Source: Nitrospiraceae bacterium (GTDB lineage: Bacteria; Nitrospirota; Thermodesulfovibrionia; UBA6902). Taken from it: a stretch of DNA of 64,000 nucleotides. The stretch's first letter is position 1. The number at the start of each line of letters is the position of its first letter. Where the stretch lies: positions 3,965 through 67,964 of the forward strand of contig QZIL01000021.1 of the NCBI GenBank assembly GCA_003599025.1. Reading direction: 5' to 3'. Both the position numbers and the translations under genes were made by a program. Under the pieces are notes generated by a model. It made no database searches and was not told the origin of the DNA. It saw only the letters and a program-made list of their open reading frames with translations. Shown piece by piece: positions 1 to 11,718 of the stretch.

Positions 1-534
1 TTTGCCGAACTTTCTGGTGCTGAGTCCGATAAGCGGAACAAGTATAAGGGTCATCAGGGTCACCTTCCAGCTCCGGTAGAAAGCGATGCCGAGGAGAAAG
101 ACAACAGTCGGCAGTTCCATGACAAAATTCTTTATTACATGAGATATAAGGCCGTCCAGCACTTCAACGTCATTGATTATCCTTGAAATGATCACTCCGG
201 AAGATTCTTTATTAAAATAACTGGCAGGGAGATACAGAATATGATCAAACAATCTGTTCCTCAGCTCCCTGATCATCTTCATCGCAGCAGACTTCATCAG
301 ATACGTCTGGCAGAAATTCAGGACACCTTTTAATATAAAGAGCCCGACAACACCGAAAGGTATGTATTTCAGATACTCATAATTTTTCCGGACGAGCACC
401 TCATCAAGCGCGGGCTTGACAAGCCAGGCAATGGCTGCGGTAATACCGGAAACCATAAGTCCGAGGACGATACCGGCAGCGATTCTCGGCCAGTATGGAC
501 GTGTCATTTTTATAACTTTCTGCAGATGTGTCAT
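1..534 (-). CDS. msbA: MsbA-like lipid A/ABC exporter, N-terminal transmembrane part (runs off the window)
   Basis: Manual translation from ATG 534: MTHLQKVIKMTRPYWPRIAAGIVLGLMVSGITAAIAWLVKPALDEVL...ELRNRLFDHILYLPASYFNKESSGVIISRIINDV. This is typical of an ABC TM1 region; the frame is open to position 1. Confidence 0.8.
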   Translation of the reverse strand, partial: MTHLQKVIKMTRPYWPRIAAGIVLGLMVSGITAAIAWLVKPALDEVLVRKNYEYLKYIPFGVVGLFILKGVLNFCQTYLMKSAAMKMIRELRNRLFDHILYLPASYFNKESSGVIISRIINDVEVLDGLISHVIKNFVMELPTVVFLLGIAFYRSWKVTLMTLILVPLIGLSTRKFGK

Positions 535-767
535 GATCCTATAGTATATAGAAAAGCAAATATATGTGAAAGTCAGACAGTGGGAACGCTGCGGATTCTG
601 TTGTCTTTGCTTCCTTTATTGCTGTATTATATCAAATCAGATTACAATTTCTGTTCTGCTCGTATGATAGATTCTATCATAAAGATGTACAGTGAAATAT
701 TCTCACCATGAACGGGCTGATTACAGGACAGTCATTATTTACAGATAATTATGTTCGGAGGATCTTA

Positions 768-1775
768 ATGAAGAAAAAAGTTGCAGAGAGTAATTTCCGG
801 GGAAAGAATGTTCTTGTTACAGGTTGCGCCGGTTTCATAGGATGGAAGGTCTCTCATCTATTACTTGAGATGGGGAAAAATGTCATAGGCATTGACAATA
901 TAAACAACTATTACGACCCGTCGCTCAAGATATGGCGGCTGAATTCTTTAAAGAAATATCCGGGCTTCAATTATTACAGGGTTGATATAGGAGACTACAA
1001 AAAACTGAAAAAAGCCTTTGATGACAGCAAGATTGATGCAGTCATAAATCTTGCTGCAAGGGCCGGGGTAAGGGCATCGGTAGAAGACCCGTGGGTTTAT
1101 CTCGATACGAACACAAAAGGGACCCTGAACCTGCTTGAATGCTGCAAAGACAACAAGGTGAAAAAATTCGTCCTTGCATCCACATCAAGTCTTTATGCCT
1201 CACTGGACATGCCATTTAAAGAGACATCCGTAACAGATACACCATTGGCACCATACTCCGCAACCAAGAAAGGGGCTGAGGCATTATGTCACGCTTACCA
1301 CTATCTTTATAAAACTGACATAAGCATACTCAGATACTTTACCGTCTACGGTCCTGCAGGCAGACCGGACATGAGCATCTTCAAATTTCTCAGGAGCATG
1401 GATACAGGCAGACCGATTCCATTATATGGTGACGGAAGCCAGACAAGGGATTTTACTTATATCGATGACATAGCTGACGGCACTATCAGATCACTAAGGC
1501 CTGCTGGCTTTGAGGTATTCAACCTCGGGAGCGACCATCCCGTCAAACTGAACTATGTAATAAGCCTGCTGGAGAAATTCCTCGGCAAAAAGGCAAAGAT
1601 CAAAAGATATAAACTGCACCCCGCAGATGTTACCGCTACATGGGCAAATATCGATAAGGCCAAAAAGGTCCTGGGATGGAAGCCGACCATGCCGCTTGAA
1701 GAGGGCATTGAGAAAACAGTCAACTGGTTTGTGGAGAACAGGGACTTTGTTAAGAAATTAAAATGGGTGGATTGA
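768..1775 (+). CDS. NAD-dependent epimerase (UDP-glucuronate 4-epimerase-like)
   Basis: Motifs TGCAGFIG, LAARAGVR, YSATKK and YGPAGRPDM. ATG 768 is preceded by GGAGG; the ORF track starts at 708. Confidence 0.9.
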   Translation: MKKKVAESNFRGKNVLVTGCAGFIGWKVSHLLLEMGKNVIGIDNINNYYDPSLKIWRLNSLKKYPGFNYYRVDIGDYKKLKKAFDDSKIDAVINLAARAGVRASVEDPWVYLDTNTKGTLNLLECCKDNKVKKFVLASTSSLYASLDMPFKETSVTDTPLAPYSATKKGAEALCHAYHYLYKTDISILRYFTVYGPAGRPDMSIFKFLRSMDTGRPIPLYGDGSQTRDFTYIDDIADGTIRSLRPAGFEVFNLGSDHPVKLNYVISLLEKFLGKKAKIKRYKLHPADVTATWANIDKAKKVLGWKPTMPLEEGIEKTVNWFVENRDFVKKLKWVD

Positions 1776-1788
1776 AGTTAATGTATCC

Positions 1789-2679
1789 CTACCTGGGATA
1801 AATCGCCCTCAGCGCTTCACTCACATCTGAATATTTAAATTCATACCCGGCATTCAGTGCCTTCTCAGGCAATACACGCTGGCCTGTGAGCAGAACAGAC
1901 CCGAGCTCCCCAAGGGTCAGCTTAACCGCAAAACCCGGCACCGGAATAAATGAAGGGCGATGAAGGGCCTTCCCGAGTGCCCTGCTGAATTCCTTATTGG
2001 TCACCGGGGTTGGAGCTGTTAAATTAACAGGGCCGGATATTGATTCATTTTCAAGCGCGAGCTTTATAATACCGATTATGTCATCCCTGTGAATCCAGGA
2101 AAACCACTGTGTGCCGCTGCCTATAGGCCCCCCCAGAAAAAATTTAAAAGGGATGACCATCTGCGCCAATGCCCCTCCGTCTGCTTCGAGCACCCCGCCG
2201 ATGCGGACCGTAACCACCCTGAGTCCCAGATCGCGTGCCTTATACGCCTCAGCCTCCCATTGTCTGCAGACATCGGCAAGGAAATCATTGGCAGGCGGCG
2301 TATCCTCGGTCACATATTCATCCCCGTGCGCTCCGTAATAACCGACTGCGGATGCGCTGACAAGGACCTTCGGCCGTGCATGTGCATTTTTTATCGACTC
2401 CACAAGCGCCCGTGTTGTGTTGATACGGCTTGACAGGATGCGCTTTTTTCTCTCCTTTGTCCACCGCTGAGGCGCGATAGGCTCCCCTGCAAGATTAATA
2501 AAGGCATCGAAAGTTGAAATTACATCCGGGGGTATGAGGTCCGGGGGATTCCATGTTAATTTATCTTTTGATGATGATTGTCTTCTGGTGGTGACAGTAA
2601 CAGAATGCCCGCTGCTCCGAAGCTCATGCGTCAGCGGAGTGCCTATAAATCCTGTGCCGCCTGTTATGAGGATGTTCAT
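1789..2679 (-). CDS. YfcH-like (TIGR01777-type) epimerase/oxidoreductase
   Basis: Motifs ITGGTGFIG, NLAGEPI, SASAVGYYG, GGPIGSGTQWFSWIH. Confidence 0.9.
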   Translation of the reverse strand: MNILITGGTGFIGTPLTHELRSSGHSVTVTTRRQSSSKDKLTWNPPDLIPPDVISTFDAFINLAGEPIAPQRWTKERKKRILSSRINTTRALVESIKNAHARPKVLVSASAVGYYGAHGDEYVTEDTPPANDFLADVCRQWEAEAYKARDLGLRVVTVRIGGVLEADGGALAQMVIPFKFFLGGPIGSGTQWFSWIHRDDIIGIIKLALENESISGPVNLTAPTPVTNKEFSRALGKALHRPSFIPVPGFAVKLTLGELGSVLLTGQRVLPEKALNAGYEFKYSDVSEALRAIYPR

Positions 2680-2721
2680 ATGACAATTATAACATCGAGG
2701 AAAGGAAACAACATGACCAAT

Positions 2722-2793
2722 ACCCCTCTGTATCTCCCCTTATAAAGGGGAGAATATAAATCCTCTCCTTGCCAAGGAGGGGGCGGGGAGGTC
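2722..2793. repeat. GC-rich palindromic element (CCCCTT..AAGGGG family), intergenic
   Basis: Hairpins tctccccttataaaggggaga and ctccttgccaaggag. The same family occurs at 34263, 50322, 52547, 53457, 54887 and 60957. Confidence 0.75.
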
Positions 2794-2801
2794 AATAGCT
2801 A

Positions 2802-4441
<1,640 letters not shown>

Positions 4442-4638
4442 GGAAGATTATAGCATACCAGGCCATATCAAATATTGTATTTTTGCTATATCCGGCATGA
4501 GGTTATATTACGTTCAAAATACATTCTGATAAATTGTTTCTACTATAAACATTTCTATTGACTTAGCATATTTTTTGGAGTTTTAATCGAGATAACAGCA
4601 CACGTTATAATTGAGCAATATCGAATGATGGGTTATGC

Positions 4639-5529
4639 ATGAATAATATTTCACGAAGACAATATGAAACTCATACCCACAGTAAACATTGGTTTTCAAG
4701 TGATATCTTGAAAATTCCAAATACGCTTGAAGTTATAGTCACTTGCTGGGAAAGGGCAGAACAGCGCCTTCAATATGAAATTGATGAAAATTATCCGGGA
4801 CTCAATGAGGAATGTATTACAAGAATCTTTCATGGCTTGTTAGCGAAAGAACTTAGGAAGGCAAGTGACGAGTTCCTTATTGAGAAAGAATTCCTGAGGG
4901 ATTTGAAGAACGCTTTTCCTGATGCCGATTTTTCCCAACTAAGCGGATTCTCCAGTGGACTAATTGCTAATGTAACATTGCATGAGCGAGAGACAGAAAG
5001 AATTACAGGCGGGGACATCGGTCTCATGATAGTTCGCCCTAAAATATATTGCAATATTACACCTAAATATGACGGCAATTACAGACGAGGATTGCTCTGT
5101 CAGGCAAAGCTTAAAGATTCCAAAGGCAAATGGGGAAGATTCTCTTCGAAACAAAAGAACGTATTACCTGAACGATTAGAGTACTTTGGATTGCTTTTAT
5201 ATAGCTATAAAGACGAAGAGAGGCATAAGCTGAATAATTTTCTGTGGCAGATTTGTAATAGTGCGTCATCCTTCAAGGAGGTAGAAAACTGGTCAAAACG
5301 TGACAATTTCCCTTCTCCTGTCGACTCAGGATGGGTCATAAGGAAAGTTGGCGAGGAGGAGATTGGGACTCACGATGATGAGATACTGGATGAGATCATA
5401 GCGCCTCTTGGAAATCCTGCTCTGATAATAACAATAGACTGGCCCAATGACAAACGTCCGTCCACAGAGATTTATGTCTCATCAAAATGCGAGCATAAAA
5501 TTAAAAATATCATTAAAAGATGCGGTTAG
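4639..5529 (+). CDS. Hypothetical protein, probable PD-(D/E)XK nuclease-like fold
   Basis: E..GGDIGLMI...GLLCQAK resembles the E..D..QxK restriction-endonuclease-like motif; AT-rich. Confidence 0.6.
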   Translation: MNNISRRQYETHTHSKHWFSSDILKIPNTLEVIVTCWERAEQRLQYEIDENYPGLNEECITRIFHGLLAKELRKASDEFLIEKEFLRDLKNAFPDADFSQLSGFSSGLIANVTLHERETERITGGDIGLMIVRPKIYCNITPKYDGNYRRGLLCQAKLKDSKGKWGRFSSKQKNVLPERLEYFGLLLYSYKDEERHKLNNFLWQICNSASSFKEVENWSKRDNFPSPVDSGWVIRKVGEEEIGTHDDEILDEIIAPLGNPALIITIDWPNDKRPSTEIYVSSKCEHKIKNIIKRCG

Positions 5530-5587
5530 GGAGGAAATTGAGAATAAATAATAATTCAAGTAAAGCGATGGTTGAGGGAAAAAGTAG

Positions 5588-6244
5588 ATGACAACATATA
5601 AAATCACAAGAGACGATTTCACTATTCCACGTACTCCTATAGATCTCGCTCGCTATGTTCATGAAACTTACAACAAGATTTATCACACTCCTGAATTGAA
5701 ACGAGTTGCTCGTCTTCGCAGGCAGCCATACAAGACATTTTTAGAAGAGTTGATGCCATTCAGTGACTTCTGCACGTGGAAATATGGAAATAGAGATGAC
5801 ATTCTCTGCGCTCTTGCACAGGGGACACTTGCGCGCGATGGTCTCGTGTTCGATATGACGACCAGAATCGAGCATTCCGTAGAAATCACCTACCCAGTAG
5901 ATGGCCTGCAAGTTGTCAATGATGGGAGGCAGTTGAACGAGAGCGGGATGACGTATGCCAATTGGGACTGCAATGATATGTCAAAACAACAAGCAGCAAT
6001 CGAGCTCACAATAAAGATAGCATACAAGAAATCTCTTCGGAACTATCTCTCTCCTGGTGGCTCCAGTCTAGTCTTCGTTTTTGATCATAGGTTGTTCTGG
6101 GATTGCAATCCGAAGCATGTAGAATTATTGGTATCGTTGCGATCACATCTTTCACTACTCAATTTTCAGGCTGATGACGTACTTCTGATGCTTGTACACG
6201 GAAGTCAAAGAAAAATCATTGAAGTGAAGAATCTAAACAAATAG
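5588..6244 (+). CDS. Hypothetical protein (possible degenerate nuclease fold)
   Basis: 218-aa ORF with an upstream GAGG. RDGLV...VEIT is a weak D..ExT pattern. Confidence 0.55.
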   Translation: MTTYKITRDDFTIPRTPIDLARYVHETYNKIYHTPELKRVARLRRQPYKTFLEELMPFSDFCTWKYGNRDDILCALAQGTLARDGLVFDMTTRIEHSVEITYPVDGLQVVNDGRQLNESGMTYANWDCNDMSKQQAAIELTIKIAYKKSLRNYLSPGGSSLVFVFDHRLFWDCNPKHVELLVSLRSHLSLLNFQADDVLLMLVHGSQRKIIEVKNLNK

Positions 6245-6343
6245 TGGTGATTGCTGTTTTATAGTTCTTCGTATTTCATAATGAATTAATCAACAAATAC
6301 CATAAACATTAAATAATAAAACTAAGGATTTGTCAGTCGGTCA

Positions 6344-7678
6344 TCACTTGTATATCAGATTAAATAGCTCATTAGCTTTTTCTATATCAAGAGGCTTCAA
6401 TATCTTATATTCCTCTAAGGCAGAACCTCTGTCATCTAAAAACTGATAAGTAATCCCAAGATTATAATGTGCCAATGCAAAATCAGGGTTGATCCGTATT
6501 GCCTGTTTATATGATTCAATTGCCTCTTTGAGCATACCTAAGTACGTATAAACAACACCAAGTTCAGAATAAGCTTTGTAATCATCAGGATTAATTCTTA
6601 TTGCCTGCTTATATGACTCAATTGCCTCTTTGTGCATGCCTAAGTCCCCATATGCGTAACCAATATTAAAATGAGCACTGTCATAATCGGGATTAATCCT
6701 TATTGCCTGCTTATATGACTCAATTTCCTCTTTATGCCTGCCTGAATTCCCATAAGCAACACCAAGATTATAATAAGCTACGTCATTGTCAGGGTTAATT
6801 CTTAGTGCGTTCTTGAATGACTCAATTGCCTCTTTCCACATGCCTGACTCCCCAAATGCAGCTCCAAGATTAATATGTACCCCATCAAAATCAGGGGAAA
6901 TTCTTATTGCCTGCTTATATGCCTCGATTGCTTCTTTCAACATGCCTGACTTCCAATATGCAAGCCCAATATAAAACCAATACTCTGCTGTCTTTTTGTA
7001 ATCTTCGATAGAAGAATCTTTTAAAGAAGTCATCTTCTTGCTGCCAATATTATTCTTTATCAGATTTACAGGCATTGCAAAATTAAGGTTTTGAGCCTCC
7101 TCTAACAGAAAAGTTGTAATACCGATAACTTCGCCAGATGTATTAAATACAGGACCGCCGCTGCTGCCTGATGAAACCGGGGCAGTTATCTGAAGAACCT
7201 TTTTGTCGGATGAAATCTCCCTTATCCCGCTTAATAAGCCATCAGAGATCGTATTCTCAAGCCCCTGCGGACTGCTGATGACATAAACCTTCTCGCCAAC
7301 AGTTGCCTTTTCACTGTCCCCTATTTTGACAGCTTGAAATTTTTCCCCTTTGACTTTAAGAATAACAAGGTCAGTTCCCTTGTCGGCAAGAATCAATCCC
7401 TCAACATCTAAAACCTTATCCCCGGCTTTCACCTTTATGCCCTTTGCATTGCTGATAACATGGTAATTGGTAACTATAGCCCCATCTGCCCTGACTATGA
7501 ACCCGCTCCCCTGACTTATCAGTTCCCCCTTATCATTATAAGTCAGCACAACTACAACCGCTTTGGTGTTATCCTTGAAAATCTTGTCAGCGTCGGCAAA
7601 GGCAAGCGCAGGAAAAACCAGAATTAAAACAAAGAAGAAAATAGAGTGATGATTTCTGAGACATATATTACTTTTCAT
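6344..7678 (-). CDS. Secreted trypsin-like serine protease with C-terminal TPR repeats
   Basis: Signal peptide ending ALAFA; triad motifs TNYHV, DLVIL and GSSGGP; repeated EAIESYKQAIRINPD (34-aa TPRs). Likely start is ATG 7678; the track gives 7753. Confidence 0.9.
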   Translation of the reverse strand: MKSNICLRNHHSIFFFVLILVFPALAFADADKIFKDNTKAVVVVLTYNDKGELISQGSGFIVRADGAIVTNYHVISNAKGIKVKAGDKVLDVEGLILADKGTDLVILKVKGEKFQAVKIGDSEKATVGEKVYVISSPQGLENTISDGLLSGIREISSDKKVLQITAPVSSGSSGGPVFNTSGEVIGITTFLLEEAQNLNFAMPVNLIKNNIGSKKMTSLKDSSIEDYKKTAEYWFYIGLAYWKSGMLKEAIEAYKQAIRISPDFDGVHINLGAAFGESGMWKEAIESFKNALRINPDNDVAYYNLGVAYGNSGRHKEEIESYKQAIRINPDYDSAHFNIGYAYGDLGMHKEAIESYKQAIRINPDDYKAYSELGVVYTYLGMLKEAIESYKQAIRINPDFALAHYNLGITYQFLDDRGSALEEYKILKPLDIEKANELFNLIYK

Positions 7679-7839
7679 CTTGTCCCCCCTTTCTACCATA
7701 AGAGGCATATGCAATAAACTGTATGATAATTTATTGCATACAGCAAATGCCATACAAATTTAAGAACGAAATTGCTATCTGATAGCGAGGTATTTAAAGG
7801 ACTCAAACCCAGTGGTTGAGGAAGATGGCAAAGGAGTGA

Positions 7840-8064
7840 TCAGGCGGCTTCATGCTGCACCGGGCTTACTTCTACAACAACCTTATTTAAGGTCTCGCCT
7901 GCAACAATACTTGCATTGAGAATCTCCAGTCCTGCGAGTTTGCCGTCCGGTCCGTAATTGGCAATAACATCTTCACTAAGCTCACGGTTTTCGGCCGTTC
8001 CCGGGTCAAGCGGTTTGAATTCAATATATAGAGCATCAACTTCTGAATCATACTGGATTTTCAT
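7840..8064 (-). CDS. DUF2283-family protein (putative antitoxin)
   Basis: MKIQYDSEVDALYI...DGKLAGLEILNAS. Confidence 0.85.
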   Translation of the reverse strand: MKIQYDSEVDALYIEFKPLDPGTAENRELSEDVIANYGPDGKLAGLEILNASIVAGETLNKVVVEVSPVQHEAA

Positions 8065-8076
8065 AATATATCCTCC

Positions 8077-8343
8077 TTACTCGTTAGAATAATACACTTT
8101 TACGGTTATTACAATGATTTTATCATTTTCATCGGCAAAAACAGGTTCAACAGTTTTATATTTGTATATCTTCTGATTTACCATTGATACTTCGTTGTAT
8201 TCAAACTTATGTTTCCGCTTAAATTTTCCGAGTTTTGCAGATTCCCATGTGCCTGAATTGATTGCTATAACAACTTCCTCTACTGACGCTCCCCTGAGAG
8301 ACATCTGGGCTTTTGCATGGTCTGAAAATTTTATCTGTTTCAT
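8077..8343 (-). CDS. DUF4258-family protein (putative RNase toxin)
   Basis: IKFSDHAKAQMSLRG...IIVITV; lies directly upstream of the DUF2283 gene. Confidence 0.8.
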   Translation of the reverse strand: MKQIKFSDHAKAQMSLRGASVEEVVIAINSGTWESAKLGKFKRKHKFEYNEVSMVNQKIYKYKTVEPVFADENDKIIVITVKVYYSNE

Positions 8344-8346
8344 ATT

Positions 8347-8796
8347 CTAATAATGCCCTGCATAAATCCCCGCAGCAATGGCAAACAGGCTCAGCCCCAG
8401 TACTACCCAGTGAAATATCTGAAGCGCGTTAAAGACTGTTTTCATATCAGCCTGGGCTCCCGGCTTTGAGAAGAGTTTTTTGAATATCATCTTCTCCAGA
8501 CCAAACAGAAGAGATGCGTAAACTACCCACAGTACGATCATTATCCAGACGCCTGTACTGAATCCTTTTACTGAAAGCAGATACAGCCCTGACAGCCCGG
8601 CAAGTATGACCATGACCTTTGCGATTTTTCCGAACCTGTGCTCCACACCCTGAAACACCATTACCATTTCGAGTGATTTATCCATGCGCAGGATCATGGG
8701 AAAGGTCACGAGGGTCACAAAGGCCACCCCTCCGATCCAGATAACAATAGACAACACATGAATGGTTAATGCAATTACATATTCCATGTCAGTCAC
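8347..8796 (-). CDS. CopD-like four-TM membrane protein
   Basis: IHVLSIVIWIGGVAF motif, four hydrophobic segments, overlaps the argS stop. Confidence 0.7.
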   Translation of the reverse strand: MTDMEYVIALTIHVLSIVIWIGGVAFVTLVTFPMILRMDKSLEMVMVFQGVEHRFGKIAKVMVILAGLSGLYLLSVKGFSTGVWIMIVLWVVYASLLFGLEKMIFKKLFSKPGAQADMKTVFNALQIFHWVVLGLSLFAIAAGIYAGHY

Positions 8797-10478
8797 ATCC
8801 TTTCCGGGGCGCTGACCCCGAGAATCTTCAGGCCTTCATCAAGCACAATTTTAACTCCCCTGCAAAGACTGAGCCTTGCAAGGGTAAGCCTGTTGTCCTC
8901 TGTTATGATCCTGTGTTTGTAGTAGTAAGCATGAAACACACCGGCCAGCTCCTGCAGATAATAAGTGATCCTGTGAGGCTCGCAGGCAAGTGCCGCCCCC
9001 TCAAATACCATCGGATACTGAAGAAGCTTTTTGACAAGTAGGATTTCCTCCGGTTCTATTAATGCCGCAAGGTCTGTTCCCTCGATTTCTGAATTTTGAA
9101 TTTTGAATTTTGAGTTTTGAATTCCAATGCCTTTCTCCTCCGCAAGTCGGAAGAGGCTCGATATCCGTGCGTAAGCGTACTGGACATAGAAAACCGGGTT
9201 CTCCGCTGACTGCTCTTTTGCTACATCAATGTCAAATTCCAGTTGGCTGTCGGCTTTTCTTGTCAGAAAAATAAACTTGGTGATGTCCGGGCCGACCTCA
9301 TCTATGACCTCTCTGAGGGTTATAAAGGCCCCTGCCCTTTTTGACATCTGCACCGGTACCCCATGTCTGAGAAGAGAGACCATCTGAATGAGTATCACCC
9401 TGAATTTCTCCTTCGGCAGATCAAAGGCCTCAAGTACAGACCTGATCCTCGGGATGTAACCGTGATGGTCAGCACCCCATATATCAATAATTGTATCAAA
9501 TCCCCTGTCAAGCTTGTCCTTGTGATAGCAGATGTCTGACGCAAAATAAGTATATTCACCGTCCTGCTTTTTCACTACCCTGTCTTTGTCATCTTCAAAA
9601 CGGGTAGAACTGAACCACACCGCCCCGTCTTTGTCGTATATCAGGTCTTTTGCCCGGAGTGCATTTATTGCGCCTTCAACCTTGCCCTGCTCATGAAGCT
9701 CCTTTTCACTCTGCCAGTTGTCAAAGACAACGCCAAAATCCTTCAGGTCGCTTTCAAGGTTGGCAAGCATCATTTTATATGCATGATCTGTAACTGCTTC
9801 TCCGCATTCATCAAATGGAACTTTAAGATACAGGTCTCCATCATTTTTCTGTAAGTCTTTTGCAATGTCCGCAATATAATCGCCTTTGTAACCGTCTTCA
9901 GGAAAGGGCACATCGTTGCCATGTAACTGCTGATAGCGGGCATATACGGAACGGCCCAGCAGCTTTACCTGCAGGCCCGCATCATTAATATAGAACTCCT
10001 TCTGCACATCATATCCTGCAGCCTTCAGGATATTGCACAGCGCGCTTCCTACAGCAGCACCCCTGCCATGCCCGATATGCAGCGGTCCTGTGGGGTTGGC
10101 GCTTACAAATTCTACCTGAATCCTGGCGCCCTTTCCAATGTCTGACCTCAGAGATGAATGCTCTTCTTCAAGGAGGGCCTGAAGGCCTTTGTGAAAGTAT
10201 TCCTGTTTGAACCTGAAATTAATAAACCCCGGGCCTGCAATATCAACATTCTCAAAAAAGCCCGGCTGCTGCCCGGTTATCTCTGCAACGATCTCTTCTG
10301 CTATTTTTCGCGGGGGCTTTTTTAATAATCTGGCAAGCCTCATGGCAACCGTAATTGCGATGTCTCCCACTGACTCATCTCTGGGGATTTCAACCTCTAT
10401 ATCCGGAAGAGTTACACCCCATCCGGCGTTAAGACTTTCCAGTGCTTTCTGAACTCTATCGATGATATCCTGCTTCAT
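8793..10478 (-). CDS. argS: Arginine--tRNA ligase
   Basis: VEFVSANPTGPLHIGH (HIGH motif), WGADHHGY, MSKRAG, YVQYAYAR, C-terminal APERM. Confidence 0.97.
   Translation of the reverse strand: MKQDIIDRVQKALESLNAGWGVTLPDIEVEIPRDESVGDIAITVAMRLARLLKKPPRKIAEEIVAEITGQQPGFFENVDIAGPGFINFRFKQEYFHKGLQALLEEEHSSLRSDIGKGARIQVEFVSANPTGPLHIGHGRGAAVGSALCNILKAAGYDVQKEFYINDAGLQVKLLGRSVYARYQQLHGNDVPFPEDGYKGDYIADIAKDLQKNDGDLYLKVPFDECGEAVTDHAYKMMLANLESDLKDFGVVFDNWQSEKELHEQGKVEGAINALRAKDLIYDKDGAVWFSSTRFEDDKDRVVKKQDGEYTYFASDICYHKDKLDRGFDTIIDIWGADHHGYIPRIRSVLEAFDLPKEKFRVILIQMVSLLRHGVPVQMSKRAGAFITLREVIDEVGPDITKFIFLTRKADSQLEFDIDVAKEQSAENPVFYVQYAYARISSLFRLAEEKGIGIQNSKFKIQNSEIEGTDLAALIEPEEILLVKKLLQYPMVFEGAALACEPHRITYYLQELAGVFHAYYYKHRIITEDNRLTLARLSLCRGVKIVLDEGLKILGVSAPERM
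9090..9124. repeat. Five tandem heptamers (TGAATTT) in frame inside argS
   Basis: tgaattt x3, tgagttt, tgaattc; encodes IQNSKFKIQNS. Confidence 0.85.
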
Positions 10479-10527
10479 GAACAATAAGTTTAAAGCTACC
10501 CAATAAGTAAGTCAACCGGCATGGAGG

Positions 10528-10583
10528 TCGCATGTAAAGGTCTTACGGCACTGCTGCTCTCCTGCTTAATGCAACATGAGGTT
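10528..10583. mobile_element. Truncated right end of the 214-bp MITE-like element
   Basis: tcgcatgtaaaggtcttacggca...atgcaacatgagg matches the right arm of the copy at 14655-14868. Confidence 0.6.
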
Positions 10584-10607
10584 TGGATATATAATCCCAG
10601 AAAACAG

Positions 10608-10641
10608 AAAAACTCCTTGTGGTTAGCCACAGGGAGTTTTT
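10608..10641 (-). terminator. Intrinsic terminator closing the EPS operon (possibly bidirectional)
   Basis: Hairpin aaaaactccttgtgg-ttag-ccacagggagttttt with T-runs on both strands, ~35 bp after the stop of the WecA-like gene. Confidence 0.75.
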
Positions 10642-10677
10642 CCGGTCCCCTAAGTCTGTCAGACATATGAGCTTTCT

Positions 10678-11718
10678 TCAGTCTGTCATTTCCCACCTGC
10701 GACCGTGTCTCGCGCCCCCAACCATAAGCATCCCTATAATTCCAAAAATGATCGCCCCCTGTATAACAGCCTTGATACCTTCCAGCGGTTCCTGTGCATG
10801 GCTTATTACGATCGCACTTATCCCCATCGAGAAAGTCACAGAGCAAATAATAAGCACACTCCCCAGTGAATCAAACCCAACGTCCATCAATCTGTGATGG
10901 AAGTGGTCCTTACCTGCATACCTGAGCCACTCAATAATGTTGCTGACCTTTTTTTCCCTTATCCGCATTATGGTCGTGAATGTCATGTCGAATATGGGAA
11001 CCCCTAGGACCAGGAGAGGAACACTCAACCTTATAACATTGTCACTTGCCCAATGGCCGATTACTGCGATACTGGCCAGCACAAACCCCATAAGGGTGCT
11101 TCCTGCATCTCCCAGAAACATTTTTTCCTGTTTAAAATTGTGAGGCAGAAAACCCAAGCAGCTTGCCATCAGTATCAGGCTTAACATACAGATCATATCC
11201 TGCCCGGTCATATATGAAATCACGGCAAAACAGAGCGAACTTATAGCTGTAATACCGGCTGCCAATCCATCCAGCCCATCGAGGTAATTCACAGCATTGG
11301 TAATGCCCGCAATCCATATTATGGTCAGTAACACCTCTCCTGCTGTTCCAGCCGCAGTATTAGGTAAAAAATCGATACGGTAGCCTGAACAGATAATGAT
11401 AAGGGACGCAGCCAGCTGGCCTGCCAGCCTGATGCTGCAGGATAGCCCCTTTTTATCGTCAATAATTCCCATGATAAATATTATCCCCGCGCCTGCTATC
11501 AGGGGGAGAAAGTAATGAAAGGATGTCAGATTAAACAGGTGGCCTGATACCAGCCCGGCAAAAATTGCGGCACCTCCCAGAAGCGGCACCGGATGCTTGT
11601 GCGTCTTTCTGTGATCGGGGTTATCCAGGAAGTTGTATCTTAATGCAATTTTTCTAATTAGAGGTGTTAAAAGCAATACCACCACGCAGGACGTTATCAC
11701 GGGCATCAGCATATTCAC
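10678..11718 (-). CDS. Undecaprenyl-phosphate GlcNAc-1-P transferase (WecA/TagO, MraY-like)
   Basis: RKTHKHPVPLLGG, GIIDD, NAVNYLDGLDGLA, FLGDAGS, HFHHRL. Confidence 0.92.
   Translation of the reverse strand: MNMLMPVITSCVVVLLLTPLIRKIALRYNFLDNPDHRKTHKHPVPLLGGAAIFAGLVSGHLFNLTSFHYFLPLIAGAGIIFIMGIIDDKKGLSCSIRLAGQLAASLIIICSGYRIDFLPNTAAGTAGEVLLTIIWIAGITNAVNYLDGLDGLAAGITAISSLCFAVISYMTGQDMICMLSLILMASCLGFLPHNFKQEKMFLGDAGSTLMGFVLASIAVIGHWASDNVIRLSVPLLVLGVPIFDMTFTTIMRIREKKVSNIIEWLRYAGKDHFHHRLMDVGFDSLGSVLIICSVTFSMGISAIVISHAQEPLEGIKAVIQGAIIFGIIGMLMVGGARHGRRWEMTD

Noticed and set aside
4590-6260. Possible integron cassettes (GTTATGC before ORF 4639, GTTAGGG at its end)
   Set aside because: No complete attC palindrome with paired R''/R' boxes and no integrase.
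6480-6960. ~102-bp periodic DNA repeats
   Set aside because: Explained by 34-aa TPR coding repeats; not a CRISPR array.
7734-7751. TGGCAT...TGCA as a sigma54 promoter for the TPR protease
   Set aside because: The GG-to-GC spacing is 2 nt too long.
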